A stretch of 64,000 nt of DNA from Bacillota bacterium (GCA_023435705.1 JAEYRH010000005.1:110114-174113); one strand, 5' to 3'; counted from the first letter of the stretch, positions 50,569-60,813 are shown. The notes: generated by a model not told the origin, from the sequence alone. Program-made: numbers and translations.

Positions 50569-52536
50569 ATGCAGACCGAAAAGGGCAATATTTCCATCAG
50601 CACCGAAAACATTTTCCCGATCATCAAGAAGTGGCTATACTCCGAAAAGGACATCTTTGTGCGCGAGCTGGTGAGCAACGCCAACGACGCCATCGCAAAG
50701 ATGCGCAAGCTGGCCGGTATCGGCGAGGCCGCGCTGCCCGACGATGAAGCCTGGAAGATTACCGTGACCGTGGACAAGGAAAACAAGACCATCCAGATTG
50801 AAGACAACGGCTTGGGCATGACCGAAGACGAAGTGCGCAAGTATATCAACCAGATCGCCTTCTCCGGCGCCAAGGACTTTTTGGAGAAATACCAGGGCAA
50901 GGCGGAGGACGCGCAGATCATCGGCCACTTCGGCCTGGGGTTCTATTCGGCATTCATGGTTTCCACCCGCGTGGCAATTGACACCCTGAGCTGGCAGCCC
51001 GGGGCCGAAGCCGTGCGCTGGGAATCAGACGGCGGAACGGAATATTCCATTGAGCAAAGCAGCCGCAGCACCCGCGGCACCACAGTGACGCTGTATGTTG
51101 CTGAGGATGCGATGGAGTACGCAGACCGCTGGAAGATGCGCGAGACACTGATCAAATACTTCCGCTTCCTGCCCTATGAGCTTTATCTCACCGACGCCGC
51201 CGACGAACGCAAGAAGGCCGCCGAGCCCAAGAAGGAAGCCAAGGAAGGCGAGGAGCCCAAGGCTCCCGAAGCCCCCAAACCCATCAACGACGTGAACCCC
51301 CTCTGGAACAAGCCCGCGAAGGATTGCACCGAGGAGGAATACAAGAAGTTTTACCGCGAGGTGTTCAGCGACTACGCAGAGCCGCTGTTCTGGGTGCATC
51401 TGAACATTGACTACCCCTTCCAGTTGAAGGGTATCCTCTACTTCCCGCGCCTGAAGAACGAGTTTGACACGATCGAGGGCCAGGTGAAGCTCTACAGCAA
51501 CCAGGTCTTCGTGGCCGACAACATCAAGGAGGTCATCCCCGAATACCTGCTGCTGCTGAAGGGCTGCATTGACTGCCCGGACCTGCCTTTGAACGTCTCC
51601 CGCAGCTTTTTGCAGAACGACGGCACGGTGAAAAAGCTCTCGCAGCACATCACCAAGAAGGTCGGCGACAAGCTGATGAGCCTGTTTGAGACCGAGCGGG
51701 AGACCTACTGCAAATATTGGGACAGCATCAACCCCTTCATCAAGTTCGGCTGCATGCGCGACGAGAAGTTTTATGACCGCGTGAAAGACGGCGTGATCTT
51801 CAAGACGATCAACGACGACTACAAGACCGTGCAGGAATACCTGGATGAGTTTGCCAAGGCCGAGGAAGCGCTGGAAGAGGATTGGGAGAGCGAAGAGGCC
51901 AAGGACGGCAAGCCTGCGATGAAGACGGTGCACCGCAAGACCGTCTACTATGTATCGGACGTGAAGCAGCAGGCCCAATATGTGTCGATGTTCAAGGCCC
52001 ACGGCCTGAACGCCGTGCTGTTGAACACGATGATTGACAACCACTTCATCACGTTCCTGGAAATGAAGCTCACAGACACGCGCTTCAAGCGCATCGACAG
52101 TGACCTCAGTGACGCCGTAAAGGGTGAGGACAGCGCGATTGAGAAAGCCGACATTGACGCGGTAGCGGCCATTGTGAAGACCTTCAACGACAGCATCAAG
52201 ACCACGATGGAGCACCTGAAGGAGACCGGCGCGCCGGCCATCGTGCTTTTGAGCGAGGAATCCCGCCGCATGCAGGAGATGAGCAAGCTTTATGGCGGCG
52301 GCATGGGCATGGATATGCCATCCTTCCCCGCTGACGAAACACTGGTGCTGAATGCCGACCACAGCCTGGTCAAGAAGCTGGTCGCGCTTTCTAAGGAAGA
52401 AGAAAAGAAAGCCGAAGCGGAACTCTTGGCAGCCCAGCTGCACGACCTGGCGATGCTGGCCCACCGGCCGCTGGAGCCGGAGGCGCTGGCGAAGTTTGTT
52501 GAAAGAAGCGCAAAGGTGTTGGAACAGCTGGGGTAA
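50569..52536 (+). CDS. htpG: molecular chaperone HtpG (Hsp90)
   Basis: 655 aa from the ATG at 50569 (RBS AGGAGG). GHKL ATPase motifs IFVRELVSNANDA, DNGLGMT and GHFGLGFYSAF. Confidence 0.92.
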   Translation: MQTEKGNISISTENIFPIIKKWLYSEKDIFVRELVSNANDAIAKMRKLAGIGEAALPDDEAWKITVTVDKENKTIQIEDNGLGMTEDEVRKYINQIAFSGAKDFLEKYQGKAEDAQIIGHFGLGFYSAFMVSTRVAIDTLSWQPGAEAVRWESDGGTEYSIEQSSRSTRGTTVTLYVAEDAMEYADRWKMRETLIKYFRFLPYELYLTDAADERKKAAEPKKEAKEGEEPKAPEAPKPINDVNPLWNKPAKDCTEEEYKKFYREVFSDYAEPLFWVHLNIDYPFQLKGILYFPRLKNEFDTIEGQVKLYSNQVFVADNIKEVIPEYLLLLKGCIDCPDLPLNVSRSFLQNDGTVKKLSQHITKKVGDKLMSLFETERETYCKYWDSINPFIKFGCMRDEKFYDRVKDGVIFKTINDDYKTVQEYLDEFAKAEEALEEDWESEEAKDGKPAMKTVHRKTVYYVSDVKQQAQYVSMFKAHGLNAVLLNTMIDNHFITFLEMKLTDTRFKRIDSDLSDAVKGEDSAIEKADIDAVAAIVKTFNDSIKTTMEHLKETGAPAIVLLSEESRRMQEMSKLYGGGMGMDMPSFPADETLVLNADHSLVKKLVALSKEEEKKAEAELLAAQLHDLAMLAHRPLEPEALAKFVERSAKVLEQLG

Positions 52537-52559
52537 ACAGACGAACCAAAACGGATAAG

Positions 52560-52589
52560 CGGGCAGGAAACTGCCCGCCTTTTTATTTC
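52560..52589 (+). terminator. intrinsic terminator of htpG
   Basis: Stem gcgggcag/ctgcccgc with a GAAA loop, followed by CTTTTTATTT. Confidence 0.8.
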
Positions 52590-52636
52590 AAGAGTGGTAT
52601 AATGAAATCACATATAGTACAAAGCGGGGGGACACA

Positions 52637-52912
52637 ATGATACCGTATCTTGTCCGGTCGAGGAAATTGGCAAATGTGTTCTTCTGCATAAGCGCTCTTT
52701 TCTTCGTTGTAGCACTGATCATCTTGACCGAGGGGCAGGTCCTTGAACAGGCTCTCAAATTCAGCAACGGAAATTACATCAGCGGAGCCATATTCTTCGC
52801 AATCTTTTTTATTCTCTCGGTGGTGCTGTTATTGCTGGCAATCACATTGAGATGTCTCGAGAAGGACGCCACGGAAGACATAAATAGCGTCAGCAACAAC
52901 AGAGACATGTGA
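52637..52912 (+). CDS. hypothetical small membrane protein
   Basis: 91 aa with two TM segments. Confidence 0.5.
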   Translation: MIPYLVRSRKLANVFFCISALFFVVALIILTEGQVLEQALKFSNGNYISGAIFFAIFFILSVVLLLLAITLRCLEKDATEDINSVSNNRDM

Positions 52913-52983
52913 GCAGTTTTGTCAAGAGATATACGTCCTTCATGAAATACCCCTCCCTAATTGAAAGGGAGGGGCAGGCGGGT

Positions 52984-53874
52984 TCAGACCTTTCTCACCG
53001 GCCTTGCCAGCGCGCATCCCCGCTCCGGCATCGGCGCATACTGTATCATCGGGCCTATTTCATCAGCCCAGACCCAACCAAACCGCTCAGGGTTGTAACT
53101 CTCAAACGCCTTGTCCAGCACCGCGCAAGCCTGGCCCATCTCATCATCCTGGTAGGGCTGGCCCTGGAAGTGTAAATACGTCGCCGCGGGCACGTCGATG
53201 AGCTCCATGCCCTCCGGCGCCGGCCCGGTGTAATCAGCGGGCAGCTCAATGCCCATCACATATTCCGATGTGCCGGCCGGCCGCATGGCCGCAGGCATCC
53301 ACATGCCGATGATTTCACTCAGGGAGCCCTTGATGCTCGCAAGGATGCCCTCCACATCGCAGCCGATCTCTTCACAATACTCCCAATAACCGGTTGCTTT
53401 CTTTGCCCTCTGCACGATCATTTTGCAGGCAGGGCGGTCTGTGGCTTGCACATAAACCGTGTTTGTGTGATCCATTTTGGTTGCTCCTTCCTCATGCTGC
53501 ATGAGGTAATGGTCGCGGGCGCTGCGGGGCATAAAAAGAGGAATCGGCGGGGCGCTCTTGCGGTACCGTTCCGGCGGGATGCCGAACCGGCTGCTGAACG
53601 CCCGTGTGAACCCCTCATGGGAGTCAAACGCAACTTGCAGCGCCACATCCAGCACCCGTTCGCCGGAATCCCTCAGGCGCAGGGCTGCCCGGGACAGCCG
53701 CCTTGCCCTCAGATACTCCAGAGGTGGGATGCCGACAAGCTCCCTGAAGAGCCTGGTGGCATGCCATGGCGAGTAACCCGCAGCACCGGCCAGCTGCTGC
53801 AGCGTTACCGGTTCATCCAGATGCGTCTCGATATAATCCTGCATCCTCTGAATTGCGTCCGCCTGCTCGCGCAT
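52984..53874 (-). CDS. AraC-family transcriptional regulator with GyrI-like effector domain
   Basis: 296 aa from the ATG at 53874 (RBS AGGAGG). HTH LQQLAGAAGYSPWHATRLFRELVG...DVALQVAFDSHEGFTRAF, with a SOUL/GyrI-like C-terminal half. Confidence 0.8.
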   Translation of the reverse strand: MREQADAIQRMQDYIETHLDEPVTLQQLAGAAGYSPWHATRLFRELVGIPPLEYLRARRLSRAALRLRDSGERVLDVALQVAFDSHEGFTRAFSSRFGIPPERYRKSAPPIPLFMPRSARDHYLMQHEEGATKMDHTNTVYVQATDRPACKMIVQRAKKATGYWEYCEEIGCDVEGILASIKGSLSEIIGMWMPAAMRPAGTSEYVMGIELPADYTGPAPEGMELIDVPAATYLHFQGQPYQDDEMGQACAVLDKAFESYNPERFGWVWADEIGPMIQYAPMPERGCALARPVRKV

Positions 53875-54014
53875 TCCATGACCTCCTGACGGAGATATCA
53901 TACCGCAACGGTGGGGTTGTGTTCTTGACCGGGCTTGCGGAAACCCCATTCATACCCAATCTTTGCCAAAAAAGAAAAAGGCCTGCCATCAGCGAGGCCT
54001 CATATTACGAATGA

Positions 54015-55022
54015 TTAGCGCACAAATGTGTTTCGAACGCGCAGGCTGTGACGCAGATAACCCCGCAACGCGAAGAACCGGGTGGCCTGCAGCACAAGGC
54101 TCACCGCCAGCTCCACGATGTTCTCCAGTGTGATGCTGTTTTGCGCGAGCAACCCTCTGACAAAGCCGGAGAAAACCATTGCGAGCGCCGCCACACCGTA
54201 ATACAGAAGCATGTTTCGGGGGAAAGACTTCTTGCGCCTGAAAAAGCAGTAGAGAGCCCAGATCGCCAACAGCGTGGTCACAGCCGTGACCAGTATGTCC
54301 ATCATTCCAACGAATTGCCCATTTGCACCAGTGACCGGAGTGGCCCACCCAAGTGCATAGCCAGCCAGGTTGACGACTGTTGTGAATATCAGGTAAGCGC
54401 ACAAGACGCCAAGCCATCCGCCGAGACCATTGGGTTGATCCCGCTTCTCGCGGGCATCGGCAAGGCGCTGCTCATAATAAGCCGACGAGCCAGACAGAAA
54501 CTCTCTTGTGTCTGCACTGATTGCCACATCGCGGCCAGTTTGGCCGGCACGCTCGCAGACCACGGCCAGCAACTTGCGGAATGTCTCAATATCCGCTTCA
54601 TGAGGGCGCTTTCCCAATGAGTATACGATCGTTTTCCCACCAGCCGTCAGGATGGAGAGGCCGATTTCTGCACGGGTCATGGTGATTTCCCGAATGCCGT
54701 CGAATCCAATAGTTGACAGGGGCAGATCCACAAACCAAACAGAGCTGCGTGTGACAAGAGCTCCCCGGCATAAATTCACAACCGCGATCAACGCCAGTAT
54801 CACCCCTGGGAACCCATTGATCAGCGCGGTGACCGGGTCAATGCCGGGCACGATGTAGAACGACACGAGCGGCGCGAGCAATCCCACGGAAAACAACAGC
54901 AAATACTGGAATTTCACCAGAGCCCTTTTTTGACGGAATATCTGCACAGACTCTCTCCTGATCACGGGAACCTCTACCAACAGTTCCTCGCAACTGGTCC
55001 AATTGCTTCTGATGTTACACAC
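54015..55022 (-). CDS. hypothetical multi-pass membrane protein
   Basis: 335-aa ORF with TM clusters at both ends. The start codon is uncertain. Confidence 0.5.
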   Translation of the reverse strand: MCNIRSNWTSCEELLVEVPVIRRESVQIFRQKRALVKFQYLLLFSVGLLAPLVSFYIVPGIDPVTALINGFPGVILALIAVVNLCRGALVTRSSVWFVDLPLSTIGFDGIREITMTRAEIGLSILTAGGKTIVYSLGKRPHEADIETFRKLLAVVCERAGQTGRDVAISADTREFLSGSSAYYEQRLADAREKRDQPNGLGGWLGVLCAYLIFTTVVNLAGYALGWATPVTGANGQFVGMMDILVTAVTTLLAIWALYCFFRRKKSFPRNMLLYYGVAALAMVFSGFVRGLLAQNSITLENIVELAVSLVLQATRFFALRGYLRHSLRVRNTFVR

Positions 55023-55115
55023 AGTGGCAGACCATTAGCCATACCCAACACAACTGAAGCCATCCCATCATAACAAAATCAAGCGTGGTAGTAAACATCC
55101 TGTGTGCTATTGGGC

Positions 55116-56060
55116 TTATCCGCCAGTTGTGTCACATCGTATAGAGCCCCGGCAAAGCATCTGCATCACGCCAGCCGCTGCCAAACCGGAGAGGATCACA
55201 ACCGTGATATCAAATGGGGCCACAGTGATCCATGGTAAACCTTCGAAGAAAAAGCCACGGCCGAAACGGTAGAGTGCGCCAGCCATCATGTAATATTCCC
55301 CGGCATACATCAGCAAACAAACAAATACAGCAACCAATGCGGGCAACCCCACCGCCAAAAGCTTCCGCCGCTGAAGCAGCCAGCTGCCTGCCAAAGCACC
55401 TGCCGCTACCCCCATCACCACGAAAAACAACCCTGTGAGCAGGCCTGAGCCAATCGGCTGCACCTCCACAGGCAAGCGGAAAAATCCGGTGCGGTTGGCA
55501 AAGACGCACAAGCCCACGAAAATCACAGCCACTACAGTTTGCATGATGAGAGGCTTCTTTGGCACCATCTGGCCGGAAGCCAGCCTGCCAAACCCATACA
55601 CCACATTCACAACAAGCGCCACCATCACAAAGGAGACGAGGAAGTAGTGAATTTTATAAGTATCGTCATATACTCCTTGAAATGCAGTGACTGCATCAGG
55701 TGTGTAAACACAAAGAAATGCTTGATAATCCACAACCGAATCAACCTGAGGGTTGGTGATAACAATACCCTCCATATAAAGCTCGAATCCCACGAAAAGC
55801 CCCAATGCCAGCACGATGGCCACCGGGGCCGGCCACCGCTTCAACCGGGAGAGAAGCGGATGCAACGCAGCTGTGATCAAGACCGACAGGCAAATGGCGG
55901 TGTAGGGAATCACATAGCGGGCATAGGCTTCCGGCACGATGCCTCCGTCCCTCCAGAAAAGGAAAACGATCTTCAGGCCCATCGCCAATGGGTAGGCAGA
56001 GAGGGCAAGCAGTATCCCCATCGTGAGCAGATAGAACTTGAGAGTAGACCTGGGTCTCAT
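55116..56060 (-). CDS. hypothetical multi-pass membrane protein
   Basis: 314 aa from the ATG at 56060 (RBS AAGGAGGAGG), with about 8 TM segments. Confidence 0.55.
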   Translation of the reverse strand: MRPRSTLKFYLLTMGILLALSAYPLAMGLKIVFLFWRDGGIVPEAYARYVIPYTAICLSVLITAALHPLLSRLKRWPAPVAIVLALGLFVGFELYMEGIVITNPQVDSVVDYQAFLCVYTPDAVTAFQGVYDDTYKIHYFLVSFVMVALVVNVVYGFGRLASGQMVPKKPLIMQTVVAVIFVGLCVFANRTGFFRLPVEVQPIGSGLLTGLFFVVMGVAAGALAGSWLLQRRKLLAVGLPALVAVFVCLLMYAGEYYMMAGALYRFGRGFFFEGLPWITVAPFDITVVILSGLAAAGVMQMLCRGSIRCDTTGG

Positions 56061-56242
56061 GGCAGCCTCCTCCTTATGCAATCAGACTATTTCGTTAGTC
56101 TGTACTTATTATATCTCAGTCCATCCACCATCGCAATCACAAGATGCGATTCCGGCAGCTTGTGCCGGCTGTGCCATCCGCATATAATAAAAACTAGAAC
56201 GTTTGGAATACGATTTGACACTCATCAAACAGAGGAGGTACT

Positions 56243-56503
56243 ATGATCGTCACTGTTCGCAAGCCCACTGAAGCGGAAAAATCCGCCATGAAAAAGTGGC
56301 CCACCTGGGGCTGTGGAGTATCCGAATTTGACTGGCACTATGACAGCGAAGAGCATTGCCTGATCCTTGAGGGGGAAGTCACCGTGGAATATGCCAGCGG
56401 CAGCGCAAGCTTCGGGCCGGGAGACTATGTCGTGTTTCCTAAAGGGCTGGATTGCGTGTGGAAAGTGACCAAACCAGTGCGCAAGCATTACGATTTCCGC
56501 TGA
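56243..56503 (+). CDS. small cupin (cupin_3/DUF861-like)
   Basis: 86 aa with WPTWGCGVSEFDWHYDSEEHCLILEGEVTV...GDYVVFPKGLDCVWKV. RBS GAGGAGG. Confidence 0.7.
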   Translation: MIVTVRKPTEAEKSAMKKWPTWGCGVSEFDWHYDSEEHCLILEGEVTVEYASGSASFGPGDYVVFPKGLDCVWKVTKPVRKHYDFR

Positions 56504-57109
56504 CCAGCTGCCGCCCGCTGATTCCATCGCTATAACGGCACCCTTGCGCAGCCGTGCAACAACATACGGCTCGTTGCCCTGTTGTGCCAATTGTCCAAAC
56601 TGCATAACAAGACGATGCAGTATCATATGATATTTGTTGGAGCCTGGATTTTCATCAGAAGGCCTCAATGCAGGAACAATCTCGGTCAGACTGCTTTTTC
56701 GCCTGCAATCGGCATTGTCGAGAAGAAGAACCAAATGAATCCAGTAAATCGTCCGCTGGATTTCCAGTCTTCTGTAAAAAACCTATTGCAAAAATTTGAT
56801 TCTCCTGTATAATGGGAATCGTTGAATCTGTCCTTCATGCGTGCCAGGTAAAAGCCAGGTATGCGTCGCGGAGCGGAAAGGCACTGGATGGCTGCAGACA
56901 CCAGCACCAATTCGTGGCCGCCCGACCAGGAACCATGATCCCTCGCGCTTATCTCCTGCGGCCGAACCGCGTGGCAGAAAACCAAGGATTGTGCCCTGAT
57001 CACTAGGGCCGGGAAAGACCCGGACGAATTCCCAGTCGGCGGAATAGGGCTTCAGGTTTGGCCAAAGCTCCATCGGGAGCAAAATAAATAAAGCGAGGGA
57101 AATGTCAAC

Positions 57110-57403
57110 ATGTACCAGGACGAAACTTTAAAGTGCAGGGAATGCGGTGAAGATTTTGTGTTCACAGCCCGTGAACAGGAATTCTACGCTGAGAAGGGTT
57201 TCACCAACAAGCCCGTCCGTTGCAAATCTTGCCGTAATGCCCGCAAGGGTCAGGGCGGTGGCATGGGTGGCGGCGACAGGCGTCCGCCCCGTGAGATGTA
57301 CGATGCCATTTGTGCTGAGTGCGGCGCCCCCACAAAGGTGCCCTTCATGCCCAAGAATGACAGGCCCATCTATTGCAGCGAGTGCTTCAAGAGGACCAGA
57401 TAA
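57110..57403 (+). CDS. double zinc-ribbon protein (CxxC...CxxC x2)
   Basis: 97 aa with LKCRECGEDFVFTAREQEFYAEKGFTNKPVRCKSCR and ICAECGAPTKVPFMPKNDRPIYCSECF. Confidence 0.7.
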   Translation: MYQDETLKCRECGEDFVFTAREQEFYAEKGFTNKPVRCKSCRNARKGQGGGMGGGDRRPPREMYDAICAECGAPTKVPFMPKNDRPIYCSECFKRTR

Positions 57404-57423
57404 TCAACAACCATTCGTAACAC

Positions 57424-57450
57424 AAAGCCGCCCTGCTGGGCGGCTTTTTA
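57424..57450. terminator. bidirectional terminator between convergent genes
   Basis: Stem aaagccgccc/gggcggcttt with a 4-nt loop, followed by TTTTTAG on the plus strand. Confidence 0.75.
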
Positions 57451-57471
57451 GTCTTGTTTCTCAAATGAAGC

Positions 57472-57858
57472 TTATTGTTCCGGTGGCTGGATCCTGCGCT
57501 GGAACGAAATGTAGCGCGTGCCCTGAAAGGTCACCTTGCCCTCATCACCCTCCACCAACAGCCCGGCTTGCTCTCCCTCCAGCTGGAACTCCATCCGGTC
57601 GCCGCTCTCCACCTCGAATGTGGCGAAATAGTGGGTCCAGTGCGAGGTGTCGTTCATGCCGCCGCCGGTCTCGGTGCGCTTGGCTACCACGCGGCAATCC
57701 ACAGCAAGGATCGGTGCGTTGTTGTTTTGCACGCTGCGCTTGACCGTGCGGACAATAGCGGCAATGATCACGCTAAACACCAACAGGAAAATGAGGCTGA
57801 TAAAAATCGTCCCTACCACAGACATAAAGTCAAAACCAAACCCAAATGGAGAACCCAT
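57472..57858 (-). CDS. DUF2500-like membrane-anchored protein
   Basis: 128 aa with an N-terminal TM, followed by APILAVDCRVVAKRTE...HYFATFEVESGDRMEFQL. Confidence 0.65.
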   Translation of the reverse strand: MGSPFGFGFDFMSVVGTIFISLIFLLVFSVIIAAIVRTVKRSVQNNNAPILAVDCRVVAKRTETGGGMNDTSHWTHYFATFEVESGDRMEFQLEGEQAGLLVEGDEGKVTFQGTRYISFQRRIQPPEQ

Positions 57859-57991
57859 AGTATCTACCTCCCAGTGTATGTCTCTGGTATTATAAAAGAC
57901 AGATGCATTCAGCGCAACGTGCAGCGGTTCAAAGATACAGATTGATGATCATACTTACATTATTGACGTTTGTATGGATAAAACCTGTCAG

Positions 57992-58831
57992 TTAAGCAGG
58001 CAGTACAACTCCGCCAATATCATCTTGAGGCGCTTTTTCTTCTGCTAGATTTTGCTGCACGTGCTGCAGCGCCTCCGCCCTACGGGCGGCTTCCTGCCCC
58101 AGCCAAGCTTGTGGGCCGAGCCCAGCTGCTTGGCAATAATAGTCGATGGCTTCGTTCTGATTCCCCAGTTTTTCAGCCAACACACCCAAATCATATAGAA
58201 TGCTTATCTTTTCAGAACGATACTTCGCTCTGGCATATGCTTGGGAGAGATACTCCCCACCGGCTTCACCATCGCCCTTTGCGGCATAATATGACCCCAA
58301 AACCCGCAAGCAACCGGATTCCAGCCGCTTATCGCTTTTCATGATTCTTTGGGCATTCTCAAGATGCAATGTGGCTTCATCAACACGCCCAACGCGAATA
58401 AGCCGCTGCATCAAACCGCATTCTTTCGAGTTTCGCAGCAGCTCATTGGGCGTGGGAAGGGCTTTCCACGCCTCCAGTGCTTTCTCATGATCACCAAGCA
58501 GGTTATAGTATATGGTTTCATAATAGAGTCTGCCATATTGCGTCTTCCATGAGCCACCGCTCCTGGGATACGCATGGCTTGCTTCCTCTTTCAATAGCTC
58601 CGCATCCATCGCCTCTGTGGCAAGATAGGCAAGCCGATTCCTGATTCTATATCCACAGTCATAATATACAGCGATGCCCGAGGCGCCCGCCAGTACAAAC
58701 AAAGAGATAAAGATAAACAGCTGGTCCACATGCAAGAAAAAAAGCATAAGGCAATAAAGAAAAGCAATGACAGGGAGAGCAAAAAACCGCATATTCATTA
58801 TTCTGATCAACTTATGAACGGTCTTGTCCAT
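57992..58831 (-). CDS. membrane-anchored TPR-like repeat protein
   Basis: 279 aa with two N-terminal TMs, followed by helical repeats (ALEAWKAL, GSYYAAKGD, AIDYYCQAAGL). The start overlaps the uvrC stop by 20 nt. Confidence 0.55.
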   Translation of the reverse strand: MDKTVHKLIRIMNMRFFALPVIAFLYCLMLFFLHVDQLFIFISLFVLAGASGIAVYYDCGYRIRNRLAYLATEAMDAELLKEEASHAYPRSGGSWKTQYGRLYYETIYYNLLGDHEKALEAWKALPTPNELLRNSKECGLMQRLIRVGRVDEATLHLENAQRIMKSDKRLESGCLRVLGSYYAAKGDGEAGGEYLSQAYARAKYRSEKISILYDLGVLAEKLGNQNEAIDYYCQAAGLGPQAWLGQEAARRAEALQHVQQNLAEEKAPQDDIGGVVLPA

Positions 58832-60755
58832 CTGCCTCTCCTTCTGTTAGGCCAGCCTCATCGTCACCCTTCTCAGTGGAAGGATGCAGGAAACTCCACA
58901 CCGCCTCAGCACTTGGTTTGTTCATCCCATCCACTGCCAACAGCTCCTCCAACGACGCAGCCTCCAGTTGAGCCGGGATCGGATATGCCCGCAAGAGCGC
59001 CTTCACCCGCATTTCGCCAATACCGGGGATGTCTTCCAGCCGGGATTTCAATGTGCGGGCAGACCTCAGGCTCCGGTGGTAGGTGATCGCAAACCGGTGG
59101 GCCTCGTCGCGCACCCGCTCCAACAGGTGCAGCGCCGCAGAGTTGCGGGGCAGCACAAGAGGGTCAGGCCGGTCTTCCAGGATGATCTCCTCATTGCGCT
59201 TGGCGAGGCCCACAGCGGGGATGTGCTCCACGCCGCAGTCTCGCATGGCATTGCGGCCAAACTCCAGCTGCACCGGGCCGCCGTCGATCAGCACCAGGTC
59301 CGGGAACCGGGAGAACTTGCCGGTGTTGTAGTCCCCGCCCGTTACGGCCAACTGTGCCCGCTCCTCCAGCCCGTGCCGGAAGCGGCGGGTCAGCACCTCG
59401 CGCATGCTCTCAAAGTCATTGGCGCCTTCCACGGTCTTGATCCGGAAGCGGCGATATTGGTTGCGGGCGGCCTTGCCATGCTCGAAGACCACCATCGAAG
59501 CCACAGAGTCGGTGCCCTGGATGTTGGAGATGTCGTAGCACTCAATGCGGTCCGGCGGCACAGGCAGACCCAGGATATCTCCCAATGCCTTCACGGCCCC
59601 GCCGGTGCGCTCCCACTCCCTAAGGCGCCCTGCCTTTTCACGCTCCACGCGCTCCCGGGCGTTGGCCTCGGCCATTTCCAACAGCCGCACCTTTTCGCCC
59701 CGCTGGGGCACGGCGATTTCCACCTTGCGCCCGGCACGACCATGCAGATATTCCATCAGTTCGTTGGCGTTAGGCGGGAGCTCGCGCACCACGATGGTGC
59801 GCGGCAGCATTACAGCGTTCACATAGAACTGCCCGATGAAGCTGGCCAGCACCGAGCCGGCGCTTTCCTCCGCCGAACCTTCCAACACGAAGCTTTCGCT
59901 GCCCACCACCTTGCCGCCACGCACGATCACGAGCTGTACGGCAGCCTCGTTTTCCTCTGTGTGCACGCCCAGCACGTCCAGGTCTTCCTGCACGGTGGAG
60001 ATCGCGTTTTGCTCGGTGGAGTTCACGACCTTCTCCACAGCGATCAGCTTGTCGCGCAATGCCGCCGCCCGCTCAAAATCCAGATCGTCGGCGGCCTGTT
60101 TCATCTGCGCGCGAAGACCCGCGGCAATCTCGGCATGCTGGCCGGACAAAAACTTCACAACCTCCTGGAGCATCGCGTGGTATTTCTCGCGGCTCACCCC
60201 GCCGCCGCAAGGGCCCAGGCACAGGCCCAGCTGGTAATTGAGGCAGGGCCGCTCGCCACGCTCGATGGCCTTGTGAATGTCCTTGGTGCAGGAACGGATC
60301 GGGAACACCTTGCGCACCAACTCCATCGTTTGCCTCAGCGTGCTGGCAGAAAGATAGGGCCCGAAGTATTTGGCCCGGTCATTCTTGGGCATACGGCGGA
60401 CAATCTCCAGACGGGGGAAGTCCTCCTTCATGTCGATACGGAGATAAGGAAAATGTTTATTGTCCTTCAAAAGGATGTTGTAATGGGGGTGGTGCTGCTT
60501 GATCAGGTTGCACTCCAGCATCAGCGCCTCGGCCTCGTTTTTGACCACGATGTAGCCGATGCTGGCAATGTCCTGCACAAGCCGCCTGGTCTTGGGATAC
60601 TCCCGCTGGGTGCTCAGTTGGAAATAGTTGCGCACGCGATTTTTGAGCGAAACGGCCTTGCCCACGTAGATCACGCGGCCTTCGGCGTTGCGCATAATAT
60701 AGACGCCGGGGCTCTCCGGCAGGTTTTCCAATGTGGTTTGGAGTTGATCGTTCAT
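58812..60755 (-). CDS. uvrC: excinuclease ABC subunit C
   Basis: GIY-YIG domain PESPGVYIMRNAEGRVIYVGKAVSLKNRVRNYF, UVR domain, endonuclease domain, and C-terminal (HhH)2. Start at 60755 fits the family N-terminus; the upstream ATG at 60797 is not excluded. Confidence 0.9.
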   Translation of the reverse strand: MNDQLQTTLENLPESPGVYIMRNAEGRVIYVGKAVSLKNRVRNYFQLSTQREYPKTRRLVQDIASIGYIVVKNEAEALMLECNLIKQHHPHYNILLKDNKHFPYLRIDMKEDFPRLEIVRRMPKNDRAKYFGPYLSASTLRQTMELVRKVFPIRSCTKDIHKAIERGERPCLNYQLGLCLGPCGGGVSREKYHAMLQEVVKFLSGQHAEIAAGLRAQMKQAADDLDFERAAALRDKLIAVEKVVNSTEQNAISTVQEDLDVLGVHTEENEAAVQLVIVRGGKVVGSESFVLEGSAEESAGSVLASFIGQFYVNAVMLPRTIVVRELPPNANELMEYLHGRAGRKVEIAVPQRGEKVRLLEMAEANARERVEREKAGRLREWERTGGAVKALGDILGLPVPPDRIECYDISNIQGTDSVASMVVFEHGKAARNQYRRFRIKTVEGANDFESMREVLTRRFRHGLEERAQLAVTGGDYNTGKFSRFPDLVLIDGGPVQLEFGRNAMRDCGVEHIPAVGLAKRNEEIILEDRPDPLVLPRNSAALHLLERVRDEAHRFAITYHRSLRSARTLKSRLEDIPGIGEMRVKALLRAYPIPAQLEAASLEELLAVDGMNKPSAEAVWSFLHPSTEKGDDEAGLTEGEADGQDRS

Positions 60756-60799
60756 GGGGATATGATAGCATTGTGGGGGGGAAATGTAAATTTGCATTC

Positions 60800-60813
60800 C
60801 TGACTACTGACTA
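60800..60813 (-). repeat. tandem heptamers (TAGTCAG TAGTCAG) starting at the stop codon of the DUF4129 gene
   Basis: Plus strand reads ctgacta ctgacta. The stop TAG is at 60813-60811. Confidence 0.8.

Noticed and set aside
56225-56734. 169-aa minus-strand ORF
   Set aside because: Its C-terminal two thirds are antisense to the well-supported cupin gene (56243-56503). Only its first part is considered, as a possible pseudogene remnant.
58884-60803. Very long antisense ORFs opposite real genes: 58884-60803 opposite uvrC, 51025-52464 opposite htpG, 35645-36826 opposite gltA, 37026-38213, 38126-39112, 30797-31861, 8560-9579, 10306-11265, 43826-44587
   Set aside because: These are typical stop-poor shadow frames of GC-rich coding DNA. 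Their products are Arg/Gly/His/Ala-rich with low complexity and have no RBS, while the opposite strand carries unmistakable family motifs.
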